From contig CALRFF010000001.1 in assembly GCA_943356495.1 (NCBI GenBank), positions 193,012 to 257,011 of the forward strand: 64,000 bases of DNA, read 5' to 3'. The number at the start of each line of letters is the position of its first letter. Within the stretch, counting starts at the first letter, position 1. Shown here piece after piece: positions 29,101 to 37,961 of this stretch. Made by a program: the position numbers and the translations under genes. The notes under the pieces are model-generated. The model did no database searches. It saw only the letters and a program-made list of their open reading frames with translations, and was not told the origin of the DNA. The stretch is from Candidatus Nomurabacteria bacterium (GTDB taxonomy: Bacteria > Patescibacteriota > Minisyncoccia > Phycocordibacterales > SBAW01).

Positions 29101-31395
29101 CTATAATTTCATTGCCTTAATCCGTAACGAGTTGCCGACCACCGACACGCTGGAGAACGCCATGGCAAGCCCCGCGAACACAGGGTTAAGCAGCCAGCCA
29201 AAGACGGGGTAGAGCGCACCAGCGGCAAGTGGAATACCAATAATGTTGTAAAAGAAAGCCCAAAACAGATTTTGCTTAATCCCGCGCATAGTCATTTTGG
29301 AAAGCGTAATTGCTTTGACCAGTTTTGAAATATCGCCATTAAGAAGCGCGATACCGGCCGACTCAATAGCTACATCAGTGCCGGTCGCCATGGCAATGCC
29401 CACGTCGGCTTGAGCGAGAGCCGGAGCGTCATTTACTCCATCGCCTGCCATGGCAACTACGCGGCCCTCTGATTGCAGCTTTTTTATGGTGTTGAGCTTA
29501 TCCTCGGGCATGACTTCTGCTATCACTTCGTCAATCCCAACCTGTCGGGCGATATGCGCTGCGGTATTTTTGTCATCGCCAGAAAGCATAATCACCCTAA
29601 TACCCATATTGCGCAATTTTGAAACAGCTTCTTTCGCTTCCGGTTTTACCGCGTCAGCAACCATCACCACTCCAAGCAATTGGTCTTTGCTACTCAGAAA
29701 AACCGGGGTGCTTCCATTGCTCGTTTCTTTTTGAATAGCGTTGTGGTCAACCGAAAGTCTGAGATCAGTCATAAGCTTTACGTTGCCCGCAAAATACTCA
29801 CGGCCATCGATGGTGCCCTTTATGCCTTTGCCTTTGATAGCCCCAAAGGACTCAACTGCTGGGAGCGTGTATCCCTTACCTTTTGCATAGGAGACTACCG
29901 CATGAGCAATCGGATGTTCAGATTTATTTTCAAGAGCGGCGAGTATTGCCACAATTTCTTTATCGCTTAGCTCGGCATATTTTTTAATTGAGACCAATTC
30001 AGGCTTGCCTTTGGTGAGCGTGCCGGTTTTGTCTACCACGACCGTATCGACTTTATTAAGCCTCTCGAGTGTAGCAGCATCTTTAATAAGAATGCCTTCC
30101 TTGGCACCCTTGCCTACCCCTACGATAATTGCGGTCGGTGTCGCAAGGCCAAGTGCACACGGGCAGGCAATCACCAGAATGCCCACAAACGAGACAAGCC
30201 CCAGCGAAAGCGCCTGAGAAAAACCGAGATATTGCGTGCCTACAAGAAGCCAAGCACCTAAAGATACAAAAGCGATCACAAGTACCGCCGGCACGAAGAT
30301 ACTCGATATCTTATCCGCAAGTGCTTGAATAGGTGCTTTGCTGCCCTGCGCCTCCTCGACCATTGTAATGATATGAGCTAAAAGAGTTTCCGAACCCACC
30401 TTAGTTGCCTTAAATGTAAATGAGCCGCTGGTGTTGAGCGTACCTCCCACTACTAATTCCCCTTTGCTCTTTTGCACGGGCATGGCTTCACCCGTGATCA
30501 TCGATTCATCTACAAACGAAGTGCCCTCAACAATGACTCCATCGACCGGTATCTTGCCGGCTGGCTTGACCACTATTACATCGCCGTGGGCGAGCTGGCC
30601 GACTGGCACCTCTACTTCCTGCCCGTCGCGCAGCACGAGCGCCGTTTTTGCCTGAAGATTTAAGAGCTTCTCTATTGCATCTCCAGTCTTAACTTTTGCG
30701 CGAGCTTCCAAATATTTGCCCAGTGTAATAAATGCAATCACCACAATGGCTACGTCATAGTATGTGTGCTCGACGTTGATGAATTGTCGCAGAGACTCTT
30801 CAAACGCCATAACGATGGCACTGTACATAAACGCCACGGAGGTGCCTATCCCGATGAGCGTATCCATGTTTGCCTTGCCATACCGCAAAAAGGTATAGAT
30901 TCCTCTCAAATACGCCTTCCCTACAACAAACAGCATGTACGTAGCCATAATCGGGAGGATGTGATGAAAGAACTCGCTCCACACATAGGGGACTGCTGGT
31001 ACGACGCTAAACTGGGCCAAAATTTCCCATGCCATAACAAAGCCGCTGAAAATCGCTAACGGGATAGATACTGCGACCTTGGTACCCATATCGGCGATCT
31101 CCGCGAGTTTTTCCTTTTTTGATTGATTGAGACCAAGATGCGCTGCGTGCTCATCCGCTGACATACCCATCTCCTCAGCCGTAACCGGAACCTCTAATGA
31201 GTAGCCGAGCGGCTCTATATGCTTAGACAGGGCATGGGGGTTTGTTTGCGACGGGTCAAAGGAAACTTTAGCTTTCTCGGTGCCATAGTTAACTTCGGCC
31301 GATTGCACGCCCGCCACTTTCTTAAAAGTCTTCTCGATGATCGCCGAGCATGAAGCGCAATGCATGCCTTTTACTCTGTACGTTTGTGTATGCAT
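29101..31395 (-). CDS. copA: Copper-translocating P1B-type ATPase
   Basis: GMHCASC, CPCALGLATP, DKTGT, SEHP, GDGVNDAP, YN..GIP, MAFSS. Confidence 0.95.
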   Translation of the reverse strand: MHTQTYRVKGMHCASCSAIIEKTFKKVAGVQSAEVNYGTEKAKVSFDPSQTNPHALSKHIEPLGYSLEVPVTAEEMGMSADEHAAHLGLNQSKKEKLAEIADMGTKVAVSIPLAIFSGFVMAWEILAQFSVVPAVPYVWSEFFHHILPIMATYMLFVVGKAYLRGIYTFLRYGKANMDTLIGIGTSVAFMYSAIVMAFEESLRQFINVEHTYYDVAIVVIAFITLGKYLEARAKVKTGDAIEKLLNLQAKTALVLRDGQEVEVPVGQLAHGDVIVVKPAGKIPVDGVIVEGTSFVDESMITGEAMPVQKSKGELVVGGTLNTSGSFTFKATKVGSETLLAHIITMVEEAQGSKAPIQALADKISSIFVPAVLVIAFVSLGAWLLVGTQYLGFSQALSLGLVSFVGILVIACPCALGLATPTAIIVGVGKGAKEGILIKDAATLERLNKVDTVVVDKTGTLTKGKPELVSIKKYAELSDKEIVAILAALENKSEHPIAHAVVSYAKGKGYTLPAVESFGAIKGKGIKGTIDGREYFAGNVKLMTDLRLSVDHNAIQKETSNGSTPVFLSSKDQLLGVVMVADAVKPEAKEAVSKLRNMGIRVIMLSGDDKNTAAHIARQVGIDEVIAEVMPEDKLNTIKKLQSEGRVVAMAGDGVNDAPALAQADVGIAMATGTDVAIESAGIALLNGDISKLVKAITLSKMTMRGIKQNLFWAFFYNIIGIPLAAGALYPVFGWLLNPVFAGLAMAFSSVSVVGNSLRIKAMKL

Positions 31396-31396
31396 A

Positions 31397-31678
31397 TTAT
31401 TTTCTCTTGAGCTTATAGACCTTGAGGATCTCCGCTTTCGCCCTACTCGTTTGTCCCGATTTAACCTGATTGAGAATGCAGCTTCCAAGATGGTTTTCGA
31501 GTAGCAAATCCTCGACGTTAGACAAACCCTGCTTAACTGCCGAGGTCTGCGTAATCACATCAATGCAGTAGGTATCACTATCTACCATCTTTTGAAGTCC
31601 TCGAACTTGCCCCTCAATCAACTTGAGGCGACGAACAACTTTAGATTTATTTTTATCGTCCATGTATTTCATATACAT
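31397..31678 (-). CDS. csoR: CsoR-family copper-sensing repressor (start may be 31672 or 31663)
   Basis: RLKLIEGQVRGL, YCIDVITQ, ENHLGSC (Cys-His-Cys ligands). Confidence 0.92.
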   Translation of the reverse strand: MYMKYMDDKNKSKVVRRLKLIEGQVRGLQKMVDSDTYCIDVITQTSAVKQGLSNVEDLLLENHLGSCILNQVKSGQTSRAKAEILKVYKLKRK

Positions 31679-31693
31679 GCATCATACACTATG

Positions 31694-31710
31694 ATACCCC
31701 CTAGGGGTAT
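31694..31710. promoter_or_regulatory. CsoR operator
   Basis: ATACCCC-CTA-GGGGTAT, ATA/TAT-flanked C/G-tract palindrome just upstream of csoR. Confidence 0.85.
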
Positions 31711-31733
31711 ACCTTAAAATAAACTCTCCTCAG

Positions 31734-31841
31734 CTGCGGTCGCTGGACGGGTTTGGAACTGTTGATTGGAAGGCACTTGAGCGGGAAATGCAGTGGCTTA
31801 TGGTAGCGATGCCGAGGTTAGGAATAAACCTCAGCCGATGA
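31734..31841 (+). other. Putative displaced 3' end (attP side) of the serine recombinase gene
   Basis: Startless frame LRSLDGFGTVDWKALEREMQWLMVAMPRLGINLSR*, in frame with the LSR if joined at GCTGC. Confidence 0.6.
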
Positions 31842-32259
31842 ATTTGTCTCTCTTTCGACCGATTATGTATGGGAACAGAATGGCAAACAAGGTCCAAGCG
31901 GATAGCAGACCGATCACCCCGTAGACCTGAGCGTTCGTACCTTGAACCATCAACTTGAGCCCCTCCCACATAAATATCACATAGACGCTGCTCGCTACAT
32001 AAAATAGATACTCCTCTACAGGTAACCCAAGAAAACGAAGCCCTATAGTTTGGCGCCGGTTAAACTGCCAGAGCCACACACGATCTTTCTTGCCGTGCCG
32101 GGTAGCCCATACATCCCAAATGCTCCCGATGATGGTAACCAGCACAATAAACGGCACGAGTGCTTGCAGGTCGATAAATCCAGAGAGGTAGAAGCCAGCG
32201 ACAATCGTTGGGGCGCAAAAGACAAAAAAGAGTGTCAGTAAGTAGTTATACTTTCGCAT
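31831..32259 (-). CDS. Lycopene cyclase domain membrane protein
   Basis: WDVWA..W.W.F....GLRFLGLPVEEYLF motif of CrtYc/d-type domains. Confidence 0.75.
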   Translation of the reverse strand: MRKYNYLLTLFFVFCAPTIVAGFYLSGFIDLQALVPFIVLVTIIGSIWDVWATRHGKKDRVWLWQFNRRQTIGLRFLGLPVEEYLFYVASSVYVIFMWEGLKLMVQGTNAQVYGVIGLLSAWTLFAILFPYIIGRKRDKFIG

Positions 32260-32302
32260 CTACCAAATTCTACAACGGAAAACGGGACGGCCATGGGGCT
32301 GT

Positions 32303-32650
32303 CTATTTTTTAAGGGTCAAAGCGATAAGACCAAACTTTTTAATTTTCTCGGTGTAGTTAGGGAATGAGCCCCATGCATCCCTGCCATCTTGCCCGGTCT
32401 TCCAGGTAGGGTTGATTTGCTGGGGCTGGTACTTTTCGTAAATAGCGTCGATCGAGGGGAACTTCTCAACTTTAATTACCTCTTTAGTGCAGGTGTCGTT
32501 ACCGCAGGAAAAGACGATAGTATCTCCCGCCACGATGCCAGCATATTTATCGGTCGCGGCGCGGGTCTCCAGCGTCTTGCCGCCATTACAAACAAGGTCA
32601 AAGGTGTCCCGGTTTACCTCGCGAAACTCGAGCGTATGAGTCTTAGGCAT
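32303..32650 (-). CDS. ASCH domain protein
   Basis: FDLVCNGGKTLETR..GDTIVF (GxKxxExR). Confidence 0.85.
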   Translation of the reverse strand: MPKTHTLEFREVNRDTFDLVCNGGKTLETRAATDKYAGIVAGDTIVFSCGNDTCTKEVIKVEKFPSIDAIYEKYQPQQINPTWKTGQDGRDAWGSFPNYTEKIKKFGLIALTLKK

Positions 32651-33245
32651 TTTTGGGTATCCGCTTTTTCTCGAGCCAGTCGGGCGTATCAGAAAAATCT
32701 ATATTGGGGCAGCGGTCGATCTCCTCGTTTTCGACGGCAAAGTATTTTGCGTAGATGCGAGCTACACCGCCAAACATCGCCTTATCCCAATCCATGCCCA
32801 ATAGCCGGGCCATCTCTTTTACATCGTTCTCGGTCGGGGCCTCTATCTCAAGAAAGGTTGGTATCCACGGCCAGGTATCTATCATGAGTTCTGTGTCGCC
32901 AAACCTCCACAGTTCTCGCTTTTTGACTTGGGTCGATTTTACCGCCATGCCAATAGCCAAGAGCATCTGCTCGGCCGCGTCAAAGGAATCCAACTTTAAA
33001 GTAATTTCTTTCATGCCCTCGACGCCCTCCTTTTCCCACTTTTTAAGTGTCAGGGTTACCTCGCCATTCTCCTCTCGGAGTCGAAGCCAAGAGGCCTGCT
33101 GATCGAGTTTGAAATCTGGGTAGTCAAAGACTTTTTGTCGAGCCAAGACCTCGGGATACACCAAAGTAGCTCCATACTGTTGGAGGTGCGACCGAACGAC
33201 ATCCGGGTCAATATCGAGGAATTTTGCTTCGATTTCTGTCTTCAT
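32643..33245 (-). CDS. CYTH domain protein
   Basis: EIEAKF, WLRLR, LTLK, KKRELW, FLEIE. Confidence 0.88.
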   Translation of the reverse strand: MKTEIEAKFLDIDPDVVRSHLQQYGATLVYPEVLARQKVFDYPDFKLDQQASWLRLREENGEVTLTLKKWEKEGVEGMKEITLKLDSFDAAEQMLLAIGMAVKSTQVKKRELWRFGDTELMIDTWPWIPTFLEIEAPTENDVKEMARLLGMDWDKAMFGGVARIYAKYFAVENEEIDRCPNIDFSDTPDWLEKKRIPKNA

Positions 33246-33284
33246 GTGAGATCAATTATAGTACGCATTATATAGAAAAAACAA

Positions 33285-33331
33285 AAGCCACCAACTGAAT
33301 GATGGCTTTCGCCTACTTCAGTTGATGGCTT
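33285..33331 (-). terminator. Long terminator-like hairpin of the ORFan operon
   Basis: AAGCCACCAACTGAA / TTCAGTTGATGGCTT inverted repeat, with a T-run downstream on the minus strand. Confidence 0.65.
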
Positions 33332-33336
33332 GTAGA

Positions 33337-33984
33337 TCAGCTTTGCTCCGCGAGTTCTTGCAGGAGTTCGACCGTCTTGATGTGGTCTTCGAGGCAGTGG
33401 GTGTCTTCCATCGCCCCGTTGTTGTTGAACTCCGCGTTATCCAATGCCCCGTAGAGAGCAGTCCGCACCGCGTAGGCGCGGCTACCCTGTTTGAGCCCTG
33501 CGCGGATGAGTATGTAGGTGGCGATGTCATTGAGGATATGCTTCATCACCCACCCACTCATCTCCTCCCGCTTGAGTTCGAGCACCATCTGCAGGAGCTT
33601 GAGCCGCTCCGCCACTGGGGCTTGTTCGAGGGCTTTCTCAAAGAAGTCTGGCATATCGCACCAGTTCACCTCGTTGCCGATGATCTGCCGGACATTCTTC
33701 CGCAGCATAGTCTTCAGCGTCAGGGCAAGGTCGCCCGTCAGATGATGAATATGCTGCAGAATTGCGAGTGCCGTCTCGGGCGACAAGTAGGTAAAGACCT
33801 CCTTCTCGCCGACCTCGAACTCGCCTTCGACCGGCACATTGTCCAAGAACCAAACGAGGTTCGGGACGGTGCAATCCGCATGAGCGAACGCCTTTGGCAG
33901 GAATTCCTCATCGCGGCCGTGGAAGTACAGTGGCTTCTGGATGTCATTCCAAAAGCCGCCGTGAGCATGGACATCTCGAAACAT
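33337..33984 (-). CDS. Hypothetical protein (ORFan)
   Basis: GGAGG upstream of MFRDVHAHGG; acidic helical protein. Confidence 0.7.
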   Translation of the reverse strand: MFRDVHAHGGFWNDIQKPLYFHGRDEEFLPKAFAHADCTVPNLVWFLDNVPVEGEFEVGEKEVFTYLSPETALAILQHIHHLTGDLALTLKTMLRKNVRQIIGNEVNWCDMPDFFEKALEQAPVAERLKLLQMVLELKREEMSGWVMKHILNDIATYILIRAGLKQGSRAYAVRTALYGALDNAEFNNNGAMEDTHCLEDHIKTVELLQELAEQS

Positions 33985-34118
33985 GATAGTAGCCCCTCCA
34001 TGGGCTGTTGGAGTTAAAAAAGAACTTACTCGATGAGCCAGCAACCGAAGTTGTGGGCTCAATAGAGTGGCGCGATACCGTCGCGCCAAGCCGGAAGCAT
34101 TTTAAGTTTGCTCAAACT

Positions 34119-34487
34119 TTACGCGGCTGCGGCACTATTAACCACCTCGAAATCCTCGAATGAGAATTTGGTCCGCTTTGCCTTCAAACGGGAACCTTCG
34201 AAGTAGGGTGAGATGTACCAGATGTCAGAGCCGTAGACGTGGCGACGCGACATATCTGCGATGCTTTCGCTCTCGTAGATACGCTCATCGTGGAAGGATA
34301 CCTGCGTCACACCATCCCAACGAGGGTCGGGAGCGACGCGGATGCGGTAGTTACGAGGATTCTTTGTCTTCACCGAGTTTGGCGCGAACTTGCCAACCAA
34401 GTGCCAGACATCTCGCCATAGTCCTGTGCCTTTTCGCACCTCCTTCACTTCGAAGGTGCGGGTATCGTAGAGTTTGCGATTTCCCAT
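34119..34487 (-). CDS. Hypothetical protein (ORFan)
   Basis: AAGGAGG upstream of MGNRKLYDT. Confidence 0.7.
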   Translation of the reverse strand: MGNRKLYDTRTFEVKEVRKGTGLWRDVWHLVGKFAPNSVKTKNPRNYRIRVAPDPRWDGVTQVSFHDERIYESESIADMSRRHVYGSDIWYISPYFEGSRLKAKRTKFSFEDFEVVNSAAAA

Positions 34488-34609
34488 CGCTGCCTCCTTG
34501 TGAATGTGCAGTTTACTCGCAAAGACTTCCACCCTTACGGGTCGTTGTCTTTGATAAGGGGCGCATTTAGTAACCGTGCGCCCAAGTCGGTTGGTCATTT
34601 GCGACCAAA

Positions 34610-34924
34610 TTAGTCGGCCAAAGTCAGCCAGCCCTTCCGGTCAGCGGTACTGAAGTACCCCTTGAACGGATGGCGATTGACCTTGCGAGCGGCCCCGCCG
34701 TGTTCCTTGCCACCAACCACGAAGACATCGTGGAGGTAGCCAGAAACATTCCAGGACTCGCCGGACCCGTCTTCCTCAGAAACCCCCGTGATGGTCGCGG
34801 TGTACTCGATCGTGCCGTGTTCCGGCTTGAACGAGACAGTGGGTTTCTGCGGCTTACGCGTGAACAGCGAAGCCATGAGGTCGAACTTGGACGGGCCGTT
34901 ATTGATGGTGATGATGGCGCTCAT
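34610..34924 (-). CDS. Hypothetical protein, small beta-rich
   Basis: GGAGG upstream of MSAIITINNGPSKFDLM. Confidence 0.72.
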   Translation of the reverse strand: MSAIITINNGPSKFDLMASLFTRKPQKPTVSFKPEHGTIEYTATITGVSEEDGSGESWNVSGYLHDVFVVGGKEHGGAARKVNRHPFKGYFSTADRKGWLTLAD

Positions 34925-35022
34925 ACGAGCCTCCATGAAGAGCAATTCCTTTGAAGAGGTAGGAACCAAACCCCGTTATCTCTTGCGAGACCACCAATCC
35001 ATCCGGACTGGGATTACCCAGC

Positions 35023-35051
35023 AGTATATACCTAAACAACGCTTTTGTCAA
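35023..35051 (-). promoter_or_regulatory. Near-consensus sigma70 promoter for the ORFan operon
   Basis: TTGACA-N17-TATACT. Confidence 0.8.
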
Positions 35052-35112
35052 GCCGTCAAGGGCTTGGTAAATAAGGACTTTTTGGCTCTGCAAGAGTAAA
35101 CTAAAGTACACT

Positions 35113-36333
35113 ATGGACCCCCTCCAGATACTCGAGCGGTACTTCAATACCTTCATTACCCAGGACGACCCGAAGCACTTTTTTATCGGGATGGCCGACT
35201 ACCTAAACTATGGCGATGGTGTGCCTGAGTATGACTGGATAACGAGCGAAATATCCGCTATGCCCGCAGCCCTTTTAAGTAAGTTTGAGGAGCAGAAAAA
35301 GGTGGCATTCGAAAGGGTTAGAGAAAAACATAAAGAGATAACAACAGCTATTAGAGAGAAAAATATCAACCTTCCTGCAGTAGAGAACGCGTTGGTGGAG
35401 TGTAAGCAAATCTTTGACGGACACATCTATAGCGAAACACCTGGGGCTTATATGTTGCATCTGCGGCTCTACGACATCATCCAGGCTCTTTATCAAACGC
35501 CAGAGTACCGCGAGTTTGCGTCGCAATACATCACCTTCTCAGAGCGCGACAAGACACAACCGCGGCAGTACTTGCCGATCAAAGAATTAGACGAATTGAT
35601 GAAAACAAAAGCCGAGGTTGAGCGTGGTGCCGAAGATGCTATATGGGGTATCCAAGCGCATATTTACAACCTCCGTGAGGTAATAAACCGAGGAAGAGAG
35701 ATTGGCGAAGGTATCACCGAGCGTATACAGAAACGGGAACCGGGTGCGACGCTCGATATGCTGAACTTTGGGGTTCTTATGGGCGAGTGGATGAAAATCG
35801 AAGAAGGCCGACCTGAACGCGATCCTGTTTTCTTTGTCCCTAAAAAGGTACGCCCACAGGTGCAGCGATTTCATATGTATGTTGTAGCGCACTTTACAGA
35901 AGCGCGAGCGGCAATCAATGCCGCTAAACCCATAGAAGCTCTAAAAGAATCGGTCGAGATAAAACCTGAGGTCGATAGCACTGTCGCGAAAAAACCGATC
36001 CTACTCGAGGAAAAAGGTAAGGGCTATATCAAATTCTATAAAGAGGGGCCGCGTATTCTTATCGGCAAAGTTAGCACAAAAAAGCATAAGCTGATTAAAG
36101 CACTCATAGATCCTTTGGGTACGGCAAAAAATGTAAACGTGGTATTTGACGCTATCAAAGACCGGAAGGCTGCGAGCGACATCCGACTGAAGGATACTTA
36201 TACGGCAGCAAACCGCGAGCGTGAGCTGATCGACTTCACGATGAAAGAGCTACAGAAGATAAAGGGGCTCAAGGGACGCATCTCACTTACCTACCACCAC
36301 AACAACAGCACCGTATTGCTCAATCTTGGATAA
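35113..36333 (+). CDS. Hypothetical protein, helical with basic C-terminal (possibly wHTH) domain
   Basis: 406-aa ORF; no confidently recognised motif. Confidence 0.75.
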   Translation: MDPLQILERYFNTFITQDDPKHFFIGMADYLNYGDGVPEYDWITSEISAMPAALLSKFEEQKKVAFERVREKHKEITTAIREKNINLPAVENALVECKQIFDGHIYSETPGAYMLHLRLYDIIQALYQTPEYREFASQYITFSERDKTQPRQYLPIKELDELMKTKAEVERGAEDAIWGIQAHIYNLREVINRGREIGEGITERIQKREPGATLDMLNFGVLMGEWMKIEEGRPERDPVFFVPKKVRPQVQRFHMYVVAHFTEARAAINAAKPIEALKESVEIKPEVDSTVAKKPILLEEKGKGYIKFYKEGPRILIGKVSTKKHKLIKALIDPLGTAKNVNVVFDAIKDRKAASDIRLKDTYTAANRERELIDFTMKELQKIKGLKGRISLTYHHNNSTVLLNLG

Positions 36334-36473
36334 CGAGAGGCGTTTTTTATCATAGGCCTGCCGCAGTACAGAGGGTTTTTGTAGTACCCTTTTGTTTTTT
36401 GTGTAAGTGGGCCTAAAAACCCTCTCAATCCCTCTGGCTCCTTTGAGCCCAGAGGGATCTTCATATTTGTTAT

Positions 36474-36638
36474 GTGCCAGAGGATAAGCAAAAACCTAAA
36501 AAGCCGCGGCGCTCGCAGGAGGCGCAGGTCGACCCGGCTGCAACCGATAACCTCATCGGGTTCTTTGCCCAATTGCTTGAGATAGATAAGCGTCTACATC
36601 CCGAGGATTACCGAGGGGCTCAAAACCACCATGCTTGA
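36474..36638 (+). CDS. 54-aa small protein upstream of Rep (below ORF-track cutoff)
   Basis: GTG start; amphipathic DNLIGFFAQLLEIDKRLHP; stop overlaps the Rep start. Confidence 0.55.
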   Translation: MPEDKQKPKKPRRSQEAQVDPAATDNLIGFFAQLLEIDKRLHPEDYRGAQNHHA

Positions 36639-37752
36639 TACTGTCGTACTCAATATCCCGAAGGAGCAGATACGCGAGGTTGCCGATGGTACGGCGCAGC
36701 GTTGGGACTTGCAGAGCAAAACCAGCAACTACCGTAAGCTCACAAAGAACCCACCTCGCGGCATACGCAACGATGTATACCGGCCACGGCTTACCGGCAT
36801 GGAGCGCAGTGTGGGCCACGGGCAGAAGGTATCGTTCGTCAGGGTTGAGTTCTCTGTCCCGAAGCTCCTGTTTGGCAACAACCTTGAGGAGCTGGCCGAC
36901 AAGGACTTTGAGCCGGTCGTGGAGTTGTTGTACCAGCGCCTGCTCGACTATGGCCTTATCGTCAACAAACGCGATATAAAAAACGCCGCCGTTACGACCT
37001 TCCACCCCTCTAAAAACATAGTGCTGTCGGGCGGCTGGACTGCCTCTGGTATCTCGCAAGAGCTATCAAAAATCAACCTCAATAAAAAGTTTGACCTGCA
37101 GAAAACGAGCTTCCGCAACAATGGCTGTAGCTTACAAGCGCACACGCTGGCTCACTCAGTTGTGGTATACGACAAAGTCGCAGATCTGGCACAGTCAAAA
37201 AAGAAAGCCATCGATAAAGACCAAGTACCTCGGCAGATGGCACTCTTTCAGAAGCTAAAGACGGACCAGCCATTGCTTGAGATACTGCGGCTCGAGATAC
37301 GCCTCACACAGAAGCAAAAAATCAATGCCGTACTCAAAGAGCTTGGCTTGCCTATCAACCCTACCTTTGAGCAGATATTCAAAAAAGATGTATGCCAAAA
37401 AATCGTACAGTCGTATTGGGACACAATCATCGAGGGCGAGAACTTGTTTCTGTTTAGCATCGAGAGTAGCCCTAAGAACCTGCTCAAGCGTGTCCTGCGG
37501 CAGCACCCCAAGATGCAGGCCAAGAACGCTGTCTATTTGGTTGGGCTTAACGCGCTGTGTAATGACGAGGGCGGCATACGGGAGCTTCGGGCTATATTGA
37601 CGAAACGGCAGTCACCACGAGGCTGGTATCGCATCACGGACGGCATCAGCCTGCTCAACGAGGGGCGCTCCGACCGGCACTTGCACGGCTGGGTCCGGCA
37701 GATCCGTGACGCGATTAAGAATTTTACGTCATATAGGATACGTGGGCCGTAG
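36631..37752 (+). CDS. Replication initiator, phage/plasmid gene II/X (Rep_trans-like, rolling circle)
   Basis: MLDTVVL, RVEFSVPKLLFGNN, VVYDK (candidate catalytic Tyr), ILRLEIRL. Confidence 0.75.
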   Translation: MLDTVVLNIPKEQIREVADGTAQRWDLQSKTSNYRKLTKNPPRGIRNDVYRPRLTGMERSVGHGQKVSFVRVEFSVPKLLFGNNLEELADKDFEPVVELLYQRLLDYGLIVNKRDIKNAAVTTFHPSKNIVLSGGWTASGISQELSKINLNKKFDLQKTSFRNNGCSLQAHTLAHSVVVYDKVADLAQSKKKAIDKDQVPRQMALFQKLKTDQPLLEILRLEIRLTQKQKINAVLKELGLPINPTFEQIFKKDVCQKIVQSYWDTIIEGENLFLFSIESSPKNLLKRVLRQHPKMQAKNAVYLVGLNALCNDEGGIRELRAILTKRQSPRGWYRITDGISLLNEGRSDRHLHGWVRQIRDAIKNFTSYRIRGP

Positions 37753-37789
37753 GCGAAGCCGGGCAGATTTAAGAGCTAAAAAAATAACT

Positions 37790-37921
37790 ATGAAAACAAG
37801 TGAACAAAAGTTTGTGGAGCAGATACAGAAAGGGATTTCGCAGTACTATAGGCAGATGCTCTCGCGCCGTATCAAGCGCGGCATAGCGGCAAAAAGGGCT
37901 AAAAAGCTGCCCACAGCCTAA
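37790..37921 (+). CDS. 43-aa basic peptide resembling the serine-recombinase alphaE helix
   Basis: MKTSEQKFVEQIQKGISQYYRQMLSRRIKRGIAAKRAKKLPTA; A-rich leader. Confidence 0.65.
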   Translation: MKTSEQKFVEQIQKGISQYYRQMLSRRIKRGIAAKRAKKLPTA

Positions 37922-37961
37922 AGTTGCTATGTAAACCATTGTAAAGTAATATAAAAACTAT

